A DNA stretch of 64,000 bases from an uncultured archaeon (GTDB taxonomy: Archaea; Asgardarchaeota; Hermodarchaeia; Hermodarchaeales; Hermodarchaeaceae), in NCBI GenBank assembly GCA_964347045.1, contig CAYFXC010000005.1, positions 32,068 through 96,067 of the forward strand, in the 5' to 3' direction. Below are positions 46,201 through 54,627 of this stretch, piece after piece. Made by a program: the position numbers and the translations under genes. How positions within the stretch are numbered: position 1 is the stretch's first letter; every line of letters begins with the position of its first letter. The notes under the pieces are model-generated. The model did not search any database. It saw nothing but the letters and a program-made list of their open reading frames with translations, and had not been told where the DNA came from.

Positions 46201-46729
46201 TTCCATCAATGTGACAGTGACCGCCCATGATTATGTACCCTACGAAACCATCATTGGAACTCAGCATTGGCTCGATGTCACTCGTCCCCTTGTTTCCTAT
46301 ACTCCAGCGACATCACTTCTTGATATTACTAGTGTTACGGCTACCTGCAGCAATTCAGCACATGGCACACTTGACGATGCTGAAGCCTCAACCAACACCT
46401 ACGCAATCTACGATGACACGACTGGCCTAATAACAACTCTATCAGGTGCACTTACTTGGTCCGGAAGTGAATGGCAATACATTAGTCTGGATGTCTCATC
46501 ACTTCCCCATGGGTCCTATTATGTTATCTGTACCTTTGCGGATGCGGATGTCAGTGACACGAACAGTCCACGCTCTGCTGTCTTCACAATTGGTCCAGTT
46601 GGACCACCACCGTTTGACCTTTTCCAGTGGCTGCTACAGAATTGGCTTATCGTCGTTATGGCAATTGTCATCATTCTTTTGCTGATTCTAATAGTTGTGC
46701 TATTACGGCGAAGAAAATCAGTTGAATGA
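43283..46729 (+). CDS. Membrane-anchored surface protein: gingipain-like (C25/clan CD) peptidase with FG-GAP-like beta-propeller insertion and CarboxypepD_reg-like domain
   Basis: - N-terminal signal/TM and a C-terminal TM plus RRRK anchor.
- C25-like blocks: YLIITP...FAEWKNLKGVPTQV, VLLIGDNTTIP and DLYVGRIP.
- Clan-CD dyad candidates: LINLAAHGSP (His about residue 328) and ALVYADSCHTAG (Cys about residue 790).
- About 7 repeats of the type V.IGDP.NDG..EIV between them.
- Late segment GTSPIAGATICLWD...ITNSSGYAIL. Confidence 0.6.
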   Translation: MKHSFTKLCGIPLILLLTFTLFFPLITPTSFLPSNKALFSVSPLDFRSFEPTVSQPASPEYLIITPNSAWVQSFAEWKNLKGVPTQVANVSWIQANYPISATVRDKAEQIWTFIEDVYDNVSPATLQWVLLIGDNTTIPSRYVYLPDTAEWIGQDPNLKPTDFYYSVMGDSDWDDDNDGRWGECATFNIGGPGYDEIGDWLPDLYVGRIPFNDQSNVSSILAKSLNYARSPTSFSPTGWDSFLLGGAISNYDEELWAWLDQDYTDEAELSDYIDANHIPGYYDIYRFYEDRAFFWNYTSPNTFQKLNETAIIQGINQYSPALINLAAHGSPTDIQRKYDPWGFPYGNTWSSATAGWNTPVTGVAIGDPNNDGNNEIVYTLGLGGGVGLQNGTIWLRDANTMLDTLIWDLWTMPVDGFPTFATCVDIGDVWNNGTIAVVVGTWSGSTVIFTYWMNTIWTAILVSGPEVTDPVLCIEVGNADNVLEPHGYGGSTTPATNVDIAWGHFSGWTFIATCFGAPGVLNHVIFVANVLNIGQSVYSIDVGDPDDDGLGEITCGTGYKNASVLQGDCYQLWYNPGIQWNQLVIEKSLGGFVYGVDTGNAANDGYNKVVVGVSNGAIYMYESGCIPLGQTGFKGPGGTDVGTKQTVTSSGANAGMVRCLNIGYVDDNDLVSTYPTPIEQYSIIAGNQYGGIWKYHANNVTGFLDSYHIAIENYMFGVNVTDLDVGELSHVTGETTPNEEVAAGSEVGLMPLSFVYWFEWPWNLWGNMLNTTQVNASTASIPALVYADSCHTAGYDYAQEALAETFIRNMAIGYIGSMRISWYYRGPVSNSFTWGLNRYMSQDFWNLFFSGTTGYRPGATLYQNKIDYQTTFASIASTFPATWETFHRKNLLSFALFGDPEVDVFTNNPRTLSVNHPANANFNGDTLFRVMDGTSPIAGATICLWDKDGSYYEVQITNSSGYAILHVTASVPNSINVTVTAHDYVPYETIIGTQHWLDVTRPLVSYTPATSLLDITSVTATCSNSAHGTLDDAEASTNTYAIYDDTTGLITTLSGALTWSGSEWQYISLDVSSLPHGSYYVICTFADADVSDTNSPRSAVFTIGPVGPPPFDLFQWLLQNWLIVVMAIVIILLLILIVVLLRRRKSVE

Positions 46730-46791
46730 CCAAACATTGCTATTACGTCTCTCTCCTGCAGGAGATAGCCTGTGGGAGAGTCCTTTCTCTT

Positions 46792-47637
46792 TTATTCTCT
46801 TAATCCTACATCGCGACGATACGAAGTATATGCTCTAACTGCTTTGAGCGAGATCTGACTAGTAATAAACTGTTTTCTCTTATCTTGAATAATTCGCAGA
46901 GCTTGAGTGTTTGGTCCTTCGGAATTTAGAAACCGAATAGATGGGTCTGCAATACAAGACCCCCCACAAGTGAAAACACCAGGAGCATATTCATGTGACG
47001 CTTGATCCGTGCTAACGATGGGAATTGTATATTCTTTGGCTCGCACAGAAACTAATGATTGCCAAGCCCATTGCCCATACTCGATATGCAGGTTATTTAG
47101 AACCGTGGTCATTGTAGGAACCGCTAGGAAATCCACTTCTGGTGCATAATGAGACACTAAGTCGTGGTACCATAGGTCTGAACAGATAAGAACTGCCATT
47201 CTAAGATCCCCAATCTTGAAAGTTGGAAGCAGGGTTCCGGGTTCTAGGCCCAACTGCTTTTCAACACGGAAGGGATGGGATTTATCATATGAACCTAAAA
47301 TTTTTCCCGAAGCAGAAAAGACAAAACTTCGATTTCTCCATTTGTTCTTATCCGTTCGAAAAGGAATAGAACCTGCAACAAAGGATACCTTATGTTGTTG
47401 TGCTAGATTGGTAATGTTAGATTGAATTTGTTCAGTAATTTGGTCGCTGTCCTGTTTTGCAGTTACCCATTCACGCAAGGTTCCAAACGCATACTCAGGT
47501 AAGACCACACAATCCAACATCCCCATTTCTGAGAAGGCTTGTTTAAGAAGCGTTTGAATTTGGAGAAATGTATCGGATAAATTACTAGCTGGTTTAATTT
47601 GAAGTGCTGCGAGATTCAAAATTTCTTTTTGATTCAT
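46792..47637 (-). CDS. Carbon-nitrogen hydrolase (nitrilase superfamily)
   Basis: The catalytic triad is in the expected context and spacing: VVLPEYAF (Glu), YDKSHPF (Lys) and VLICSDLWY (Cys). Confidence 0.8.
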   Translation of the reverse strand: MNQKEILNLAALQIKPASNLSDTFLQIQTLLKQAFSEMGMLDCVVLPEYAFGTLREWVTAKQDSDQITEQIQSNITNLAQQHKVSFVAGSIPFRTDKNKWRNRSFVFSASGKILGSYDKSHPFRVEKQLGLEPGTLLPTFKIGDLRMAVLICSDLWYHDLVSHYAPEVDFLAVPTMTTVLNNLHIEYGQWAWQSLVSVRAKEYTIPIVSTDQASHEYAPGVFTCGGSCIADPSIRFLNSEGPNTQALRIIQDKRKQFITSQISLKAVRAYTSYRRDVGLRE

Positions 47638-47702
47638 AGATACTCACCTCTATAATGAAAGTCTTGAATATTGGTTTCAATTTAGTCAGGTACGTTTTTG
47701 AA

Positions 47703-49376
47703 TTACTCTTCGATGGTTTCTAACGTTTCGCCAGGCTTAGGAATCATATTGCCTGGATTTAAAAGCCACTCCGGATCCAGCGAACGTTTTACAGCTGCCA
47801 TTTCGTTGAGTCCCTCTTCCCCGTACATGATTTTAAGAAATGGACGTTTGAGTTTTCCGATTCCATGTTCGGCACTTACAGTGCCACCAAGCTCAACGGC
47901 TTTCTTAGCAAATTGCTTATAGATTTTCATTCCCTGATCGACTTCTTCATCCGTTCTAGGAAGTATATTCACGTGGAGATGGTTATCGCCGATGTGACCG
48001 AACATGATGTATTCCATTCCCGCTTCATCCAGGATCTCTTGGTAATAGTCAATAATCGTTTCCAGATGTTCGTCGGGAACTGCCATGTCTGTACCGAGTT
48101 TATGAACACGAGGATATTGCTGTTTACGCTGAGCAATAAGTGCGTTCACTGTTTCAGGGATTAGATGCCTTACTGCTTTCATTTTCTCCAAATCACTGGG
48201 GTCGATTCCTGCCCATGTATCCTCTATCCCGATACCATATTTTCCTAGCAGTTCTTGAGCTCTCATGAGAGTATTTTCCATCTCCGCTTCCAGAAAGGGA
48301 ATTTCGAAGAAAATAATGGCTTCTGCTTTATCAACTTGAGGAGGAACAGTAACACCGGCTAAGCCTTTAGCTCGAGCGTCTCTGAGCATTTGCACAGCAT
48401 TGGAATCGAAATACTCAACTAGGGTTGGTTGCACTGGGCTGGATTCACTTCGTACATCGATTACAAAGTTGAGAGCTTCTTTTTCAGTGGGAAAGAAGGC
48501 AAAAATGGTCAAACTCCGTTCAGGATAGACTTCTAGCCAGACTTCGGCCAGAGTGATCACTCCAAGAATTCCTTCTGAACCAATGAATAAGTCGATGAGA
48601 TCCATTCCTTTATGTGAAAATAATCCCGCAGCGTTTTTTGTTGATGGCATCACATAGTCAGGTATTTTGATTTGGCAGATTGTACCGTCTGTTAATTCGA
48701 TTTGAAAAATCCCATCTTTTGCGAACACATTTCCACGGGAGATATCGAGGACATCGCCATTGGCTAATACAATACGGATCCGTTTTGTCCATTTACGAAT
48801 TGCTTCATATCGAAAGGATCGAGCCCCTGAGGCATTGGCCGCGAGAGAACCACCAAGGTGGGCTGTCATCTCAGTGGGATCGGGAGGGAAGAAATAGGTA
48901 GTTGATTCGGCAAGGAATTTATCCAAAGCCGCCTTTTCTGCGTCTGAACCTAGCTCTTTCAAGGAATTGAGTTGGCGTTTGTAAACCACTGAGTTAAGGG
49001 TTTCAAGTGTAATGCCCGGTTCTGCACGAAGATACCATCGGTTTTGCGTTTCGTCAAAATTAAGACCACGAAGGTTGTGCATGTTTTCAAGTGAGAGCAA
49101 AACACCCCCTTGGGGTACAGCACCACCAACTAATCCGGTTCGTCCTGCTGAGATGGTGATTGGGGTTTTGGTTTTATTTGCCCATTGAATTATAGCAACT
49201 ACGTCTGTTTCCGTTTTTGCGTAGAAGAGCCGTTCGGCGTAGCCATCACCAAAGCGCGCTTCATCCGTTAGATAGTCACTGCAACTTTCACATATCGCCT
49301 CTTCACCATCAATCACTCGAATGGCATCGAGCTCCGAGGGTATGACGTGTTCTGCCTTGATTCTATTGTTTGCCAT
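47703..49376 (-). CDS. FAD-linked oxidase (GlcD/D-lactate dehydrogenase family), 557 aa
   Basis: FAD-binding PCMH domain (ISAGRTGLVGGAVP), GSEGILGVIT, HIGDNHLHVNI, SAEHGIGKLK and SLDPEWLLNPG. Confidence 0.85.
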   Translation of the reverse strand: MANNRIKAEHVIPSELDAIRVIDGEEAICESCSDYLTDEARFGDGYAERLFYAKTETDVVAIIQWANKTKTPITISAGRTGLVGGAVPQGGVLLSLENMHNLRGLNFDETQNRWYLRAEPGITLETLNSVVYKRQLNSLKELGSDAEKAALDKFLAESTTYFFPPDPTEMTAHLGGSLAANASGARSFRYEAIRKWTKRIRIVLANGDVLDISRGNVFAKDGIFQIELTDGTICQIKIPDYVMPSTKNAAGLFSHKGMDLIDLFIGSEGILGVITLAEVWLEVYPERSLTIFAFFPTEKEALNFVIDVRSESSPVQPTLVEYFDSNAVQMLRDARAKGLAGVTVPPQVDKAEAIIFFEIPFLEAEMENTLMRAQELLGKYGIGIEDTWAGIDPSDLEKMKAVRHLIPETVNALIAQRKQQYPRVHKLGTDMAVPDEHLETIIDYYQEILDEAGMEYIMFGHIGDNHLHVNILPRTDEEVDQGMKIYKQFAKKAVELGGTVSAEHGIGKLKRPFLKIMYGEEGLNEMAAVKRSLDPEWLLNPGNMIPKPGETLETIEE

Positions 49377-49539
49377 TTATTTCACCATTGATTCTAGGTG
49401 AATTCGATGACTTCGACTATTTCATAGCCATATATCTTTTTGTTATGAGAAGAGATTCCTCTTTTACAGGAATGAACATATTTATCTAGCCAATATTAGT
49501 CCATCAATAAATGAGGGAATCGGATAGCATGAAATATTC

Positions 49540-50148
49540 GTGGATTCAGATTATGGAATCAGTATTCGCGGTAGTAATCTTCTCTGCATTAGGGATTCTA
49601 TTGTTTCTTCCACCCCAGGCTTTTGCCTTTTGATAGACCCCGTGCATAATCGTTGTGTTTTATGCACCTATGAGCTCGTCATAGTGCTGAGTTTGTGTGG
49701 GTTTGGTGTGTTTGCAATCCTGCAGACTGTGACTCGTTTTCCAAATGTACACTCTAGATTCATCATGCTGATGGCTCTGTTGGGCTCCTCTGTCTTTGGA
49801 ATCAGCATTATAGTGGTTTGGATGTTCCTCTCCACAGGCCAGTTAGTTATTACGGGGGGTTGGGTCCTTACTTTGTTGACTTTCAGTATTGGGGTTGTCC
49901 TCCTCCTTGATGGTCTTCATTGGATTTTGCCAGTGGTTTATCGAGTTGATTTCGTTCGGGACCAATCTAGTCTTGGCTGGTCATTAATAGTCCTTGGTCT
50001 TGTTGAGATTCTCCTTGCGAGCCTAGTGTTTCTAAATTTAGAGATTATATGGTTTTTAATCTACTTTACAATCCTTCTTAGTGCCATTAACTTGGCTCTT
50101 AGTTCCCAGATTCAGACTAGCTCAGATTGGATTGAATCTGAAGCTTAA
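49540..50148 (+). CDS. Hypothetical polytopic membrane protein (start uncertain)
   Basis: Four to five hydrophobic helices run from about residue 45 onward. The first ~40 codons look non-protein-like, while a different frame (49529-49633) encodes a clean TM helix. Confidence 0.4.
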   Translation: MDSDYGISIRGSNLLCIRDSIVSSTPGFCLLIDPVHNRCVLCTYELVIVLSLCGFGVFAILQTVTRFPNVHSRFIMLMALLGSSVFGISIIVVWMFLSTGQLVITGGWVLTLLTFSIGVVLLLDGLHWILPVVYRVDFVRDQSSLGWSLIVLGLVEILLASLVFLNLEIIWFLIYFTILLSAINLALSSQIQTSSDWIESEA

Positions 50149-50563
50149 ATAGGATTGCATGAGGTTGGATAGTTAATCATGTCATAAAAAATCATAAAAC
50201 TCTCTTATGTCCAAACTCCAGTTGACAAAAATGGCTATCCTTATATCTTGTGCTTAGACTTCAACACTTTCTCTTCTTGCACGTCGGGTTTTAATAGGAA
50301 TCATCCGTACAGGCTGTTGAGATAATGGTGGGGTTCCAATTGCGATGAATAGGCATCCCATTATAATTCACAATACTGCCAAGATTTGATATGGTTTGTT
50401 GGTGCTTAAGATCCATAATTTTGGAGTATAATCACCATAAGTTTCCCCCATTGTTGTACCCTCCATAGTTAATGTACGAGATTAAGAATAAAAATCCACG
50501 TAATCAAGACTCATAGACGAAATGCTTTTTTGCTGCTTAATATAGCATCACCTTGCTGAAATA

Positions 50564-50596
50564 AACCTGATTTAAATTGAAGAAGTAAATCAGGTT
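50564..50596. other. Perfect 11-bp hairpin AACCTGATTTA / TAAATCAGGTT (11-nt loop) in a 590-nt ORF-free region
   Basis: Arms at 50564-50574 and 50586-50596 were verified complementary. The hairpin is about 140 nt downstream of the GNAT gene stop (minus strand) and about 415 nt downstream of the membrane-protein gene stop (plus strand). Confidence 0.3.
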
Positions 50597-50738
50597 ACGA
50601 AGAACCCTAACAATTTCTTATACTCACTCGCATACTAGCAGATCTAGCTTTACTCCTATCTTGTGGGTATACTGATTTCTAAATGGATGTTATACGAGAT
50701 GGTTTTCATTTCTTTCTCAATCAGTTTGGCTTTGTACT

Positions 50739-51245
50739 TCAATCTTTGTTGTTAGTCAATATAAGCTCATAAAGTTCAACATCAACACCCCAGAAATGTT
50801 GGCGAAGAATGCCTGATTTTTGAAATCCTAGTTTTTGATATAGGGATATCGCTCCTGTGAGGTCGGGGACTGTATCCAACCAAACCTTTGTTGCATTGTG
50901 TTTCTGTGCAAAATTTATCACTTGTCTTGTAAGAGCTGTACCAACCCCTCGTCGTTGGTATTTCTGGTCAACAACCATGTGTTTCAACATACATGTTCCA
51001 TGAATTAATGAACATCCCACAACTCCAATAATCTGATTTTCAATCTTAGCGACAAAATGAGTATACCGATCTAGTCGCTCTTTGACTTCTGTGGGAGAGG
51101 GCTGTCGTGAAATAATAAGTTCTTCAGGTAACTTGTCTCGATAGTCGTCTAAAACCTGTTTATAGAGTGCTGAGATCTTTTCAATATCATTAAAATCTGC
51201 TTGTAAGATCCTAAAACCAAGACGCTCAGACTTTTTTTCTCTCAT
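50739..51245 (-). CDS. GNAT-family N-acetyltransferase
   Basis: Motif A HMVVDQKYQRRGVGTALT and motif B YQKLGF. Confidence 0.85.
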   Translation of the reverse strand: MREKKSERLGFRILQADFNDIEKISALYKQVLDDYRDKLPEELIISRQPSPTEVKERLDRYTHFVAKIENQIIGVVGCSLIHGTCMLKHMVVDQKYQRRGVGTALTRQVINFAQKHNATKVWLDTVPDLTGAISLYQKLGFQKSGILRQHFWGVDVELYELILTNNKD

Positions 51246-51553
51246 GATGTAGTTTGTGTCAATTTCTGGCTATTAAGTATCTGGGATAAAACACAAAGAA
51301 AAAAAGTGATCCTAAAAAATCTTCAACTAGCCCTACTTCTGAACCTTGATTGTATTTCGGATTCAACTGGTCTTTATTTCACTGATCACTACTGTCGACA
51401 TTATTTTTGGTGATGCATTTTCGAATAACATTCCAATTTAATATCCCTTATTCCTCACTTGATTTGTCATTTTTAGAATGAGAACCAACTAATTTCTAAA
51501 AATTGGTTATCCTCATATTTTTTGTGTAAGAATGAATTCGAGGTAATTGCGGT

Positions 51554-51883
51554 TCATTTTTCTTCCTTTTCTTGATTTAATAAACCAACTTGAATTGTTA
51601 TATCATTATTTTGTTTTGGCTTGAGTTGTTCCATTCTTTCCTCAAGAATCAATTTCACATGCTTTGGCTCTTTAACTGATAGGAAAATCCTGTTCCAGCG
51701 TCCATTTCTAAGAATAAGCCTTATTCCTTCATCTCGAATTGCGAAGTATTTTTCTCCTTTTATTCCATATCTTAACCCACGACCAATCCACCTTGGAATT
51801 TTTTTTACCAATTCTACAAATTCGATATCCAAAATGGGGATTACTTGGTGATGGGTAGCGAAACATGCCTCAACTCTGTCCAA
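51554..51883 (-). CDS. Hypothetical protein (109 aa, TTG start)
   Basis: ORF only. No motif is recognised. Confidence 0.3.
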   Translation of the reverse strand: MDRVEACFATHHQVIPILDIEFVELVKKIPRWIGRGLRYGIKGEKYFAIRDEGIRLILRNGRWNRIFLSVKEPKHVKLILEERMEQLKPKQNNDITIQVGLLNQEKEEK

Positions 51884-52068
51884 ATAGACTTTGAAATAAT
51901 ATGTTCAGTGCTAAATCCGTCCCCTTTCCTCGTAAAGAGGAATCAATTTATTATTAAACGTGATCACTCCTCAATGAAATTTTGATAGGTCACCTATAGA
52001 TAGTTGAGTGGAATTTTTCGGACTAAAATTACATATCCGTTTCAGCTCTCACCTTACTCTATTTTAGT

Positions 52069-52836
52069 CTATACTGTGATGAAGGTATACGACTCAAAAT
52101 AGTTGAGATTTATGATTGCGCACTCAGTGATTTCAGATCCATACGTTTCAACAAAATAGTCATTCATATCCAAATTAAAATGGTACAAAATTAGGTATTC
52201 GGGTTGAATAATTTGAACTGCTTCAACGATGTCATCCCCGACGTATGTTAAATAGTAGGGGAGCATGACCACGTCTATTAGCCCATTGAGTTCATCGTAT
52301 TCCTCGATGGCGTAGGCATCACCCGCGTGAAAAATTGTAAACCCATTGATGTCGATGATATAACTTGTCCAATTTGCGTTTTCCGGATGACTAGAGATAG
52401 CTGGGGGTAGATACATGTAGAACGCGGTAACGTTAATTGGTCCCACTCGAAATTGTTCTCCAGGAACCACGCCAATGCCACTATGTTGAATGATCTCTGT
52501 GGACATGCTTGCTGGGAATACGTTGTGTGTGCCTTCTTTTTGAAGCATATTGATTGTGGCAGCTTCATAATGATCACTATGTGGGTGAGTTATCAAAACC
52601 GCATCAGCTGGAGCGAATTGAAAATTTTGTGGGAGATTAATCGGGTCAATATAGATTCGTACTCCCTCTGCCTCAATCATCACTCCAGCATTATCTAATA
52701 ACTGTAGATATATTGAATTGGTGTTCATTGGTGGGGAAAAAAGAAGATTCGAAGCTAGAAAGGCAAAACCAAAACCGACTAACGTGATGACGAAAATTGA
52801 GCTAGCGATAATTTTGGTGCGCCTTGAAAGGGACAT
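52069..52836 (-). CDS. Metallo-beta-lactamase-fold hydrolase with N-terminal signal/TM anchor
   Basis: HxHxDH motif (LITHPHSDHY), with downstream FHAGD and LYHF metal-ligand positions. The N-terminal helix is hydrophobic. Confidence 0.8.
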   Translation of the reverse strand: MSLSRRTKIIASSIFVITLVGFGFAFLASNLLFSPPMNTNSIYLQLLDNAGVMIEAEGVRIYIDPINLPQNFQFAPADAVLITHPHSDHYEAATINMLQKEGTHNVFPASMSTEIIQHSGIGVVPGEQFRVGPINVTAFYMYLPPAISSHPENANWTSYIIDINGFTIFHAGDAYAIEEYDELNGLIDVVMLPYYLTYVGDDIVEAVQIIQPEYLILYHFNLDMNDYFVETYGSEITECAIINLNYFESYTFITV

Positions 52837-52985
52837 ATTTCTTTTGTTGTTGATACTAAATTTTATGGGCTTGGATACCGGTCGTATCGGAATTAGACAA
52901 TTTCAAATAAAGCATTGCTTCAGAATCGAACTCATCAGTTCAGGATTAGACATCACGGGTCTTTCGGAAATATGTAAGTGCCAGC

Positions 52986-54128
52986 TCATTTGATTTTAAT
53001 TTCATCTTCTTTGAGAAGATAATCTTGGAGGTGGTCTTTGGCTTTTTCTCGTCGCTTCTGGTGTTCAGTTAGATATTTTATTGCAAGGTCGATGCTGATG
53101 TTCTTACATTCGCCGCAGAGCATATCACCACTTCGGCATCGTTGTTCAAGGGCTTCAAGTTTGTCTTGTTTTGGAATAAACAAAAGTTGATAATTATCGA
53201 AAATTGAGCAAATTTCAGGCTGTCCGCCCAGTTTTCGTTGTTCTGCAGCATTTCCTCGACCCCCCGTAAATGCATTCTGGAGTTTTTTCTTGATGACTGC
53301 AGGTGGATCCACGGTAAACAGGGCTGAGTCCGGATCAGAAGCTGACATTTTGCCTCCTTGTTGGAGTCCACGGAGAAACTTTGAGTGTAATATTCCTGGT
53401 TTTAGATATCCTAGTTTTGGAAGAACATCTCGGGCAGCTCGGAAGTGGGCGTCTTGGTCAATAGCTAGCGGAATGACGCAGGGAACATTATAGCCCACGC
53501 GGACTGAGTGGAGGAATGCAGGGACGGCTTGGAAACTGGTAAAGAAGATTGATCCAATGTTATTTGAATTTGTGAAGCCGAAGACGGCTTTTGCTGTGGA
53601 GAAGGTGATGCGCTTGGCTACTTGAATGGCTAAGGGATAGATGGTTCGTGCATGATAGGAATCCAGGATGATATGTGTGTTCTTGGGGTCAAATCCGATG
53701 GCAATAAGGTCCAAGGCATTCTCCTTGGCGTAGTAGCGTGCTTTGTCGAGTTCGAGGTCGAATTTAAAGAGGAATTTCTCATCGTCGGTGAGTTGGAAGT
53801 AGTAGGGGCATTTGAATTTGTCTTGCATCCATTTCGTGAAGATGAATTGGGTCAGGTGTCCGATATGGGTATGTCCACTGGGTCCCCGACCATTGTATAA
53901 GAAGAAGGGATTACCTTTCTCATATTCGTCGAAGATGAAGTTCATATCACGATGGCTGAAATAGATGCCACGTTTCAGTAGATAGTGTAGTTCACCTGCA
54001 TGCTTCTGAAATCGGGCGAGTAGTTTTTCGTCGATGCGCTCTGTGCCAAACTGCTTGATTAGTTTATCGTAATCAATGTCACCTTTCACTTCCCATGGGG
54101 TTACTACAAATTCGTCATCACCGGGCAA
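52986..54128 (-). CDS. trpS: Tryptophan--tRNA ligase, archaeal/eukaryotic type (TTG start)
   Basis: GRGPSGHTHIGHL (HIGH), FTKWMQDKFKCPYYFQLTDDEKFLF (eukaryote-like TrpRS block) and GGKMSASDP (KMSKS). Confidence 0.9.
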   Translation of the reverse strand: MPGDDEFVVTPWEVKGDIDYDKLIKQFGTERIDEKLLARFQKHAGELHYLLKRGIYFSHRDMNFIFDEYEKGNPFFLYNGRGPSGHTHIGHLTQFIFTKWMQDKFKCPYYFQLTDDEKFLFKFDLELDKARYYAKENALDLIAIGFDPKNTHIILDSYHARTIYPLAIQVAKRITFSTAKAVFGFTNSNNIGSIFFTSFQAVPAFLHSVRVGYNVPCVIPLAIDQDAHFRAARDVLPKLGYLKPGILHSKFLRGLQQGGKMSASDPDSALFTVDPPAVIKKKLQNAFTGGRGNAAEQRKLGGQPEICSIFDNYQLLFIPKQDKLEALEQRCRSGDMLCGECKNISIDLAIKYLTEHQKRREKAKDHLQDYLLKEDEIKIK

Positions 54129-54377
54129 AATGAGTCACAACTCCTTTTTTTGGGTAATTCAACTTTGGTTTGGCTCTTCTTGGCGAATCTCAGATTACTC
54201 TTAGAAAAGGTGCACTTAAAGACTTTAAAAGTTGATTCGGTAGCAGAGCTAGCTAGGCGACAAGAAGAGAACAAATTATGCAATAAGCCAAAAACGATCG
54301 CCTTTCATTATTAACTACCAGGGGCAAATCACGAGTACTCGTATTTAAATCGTGTGCCATCAACCCCCGAAAAAACC

Positions 54378-54384
54378 TTTAAAT
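54378..54384 (+). promoter_or_regulatory. TATA-like TTTAAAT upstream of tRNA-Trp
   Basis: An A/T heptamer 35-41 nt upstream of tRNA position 1. A second TATTTAAA lies at 54342-54349, next to the 12-nt palindrome ACGAGTACTCGT (54331-54342). Confidence 0.25.
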
Positions 54385-54418
54385 CTCATGCATCAGACCA
54401 TAGGCTCGTTTGTCAATC

Positions 54419-54563
54419 GGGGTCATGGCCTAACCAGGTATGGCAACGGGCTCCAGAAGAAGCCACCAGAAATACAAACTGACCGGATGCTCGGGATGAC
54501 GATGTTCTGGAGCGACCTGGTGAAACCCGTAGATTCTGGGTTCAAATCCCAGTGACCCCACCA
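54419..54563 (+). tRNA. tRNA-Trp (anticodon CCA) with 68-nt intron after position 37; 3' CCA encoded
   Basis: Hand-folded as follows:
- Acceptor stem GGGGTCA / TGACCCC.
- D stem GCC(T) / (T)GGC with a GG loop.
- Anticodon stem ACGGG (54446-50) / CCCGT (54526-30).
- Anticodon loop CT-CCA-G[intron 54457-54524]A.
- Variable loop AGATT.
- T arm CTGGG-TTCAAAT-CCCAG.
- Discriminator A, then CCA. Confidence 0.9.
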
Positions 54564-54627
54564 CAATTTCATTTAGTCAACTTGGTGATTTTCTGACGCT
54601 ATTTCTGATCCTAAAATCAAGAAGTGG

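Noticed and set aside
54455-54523. Calling the tRNA-Trp intron a bona fide box C/D sRNA
   Set aside because: Only one near-consensus C-type box and one CUGA are present. The candidate 5' box C (AGAAGA) and 3' box D (CUGG or GUGA) are degenerate, and the spacing does not put C34 at the N+5 position. It is reported as a hypothesis, not as an ncRNA feature.
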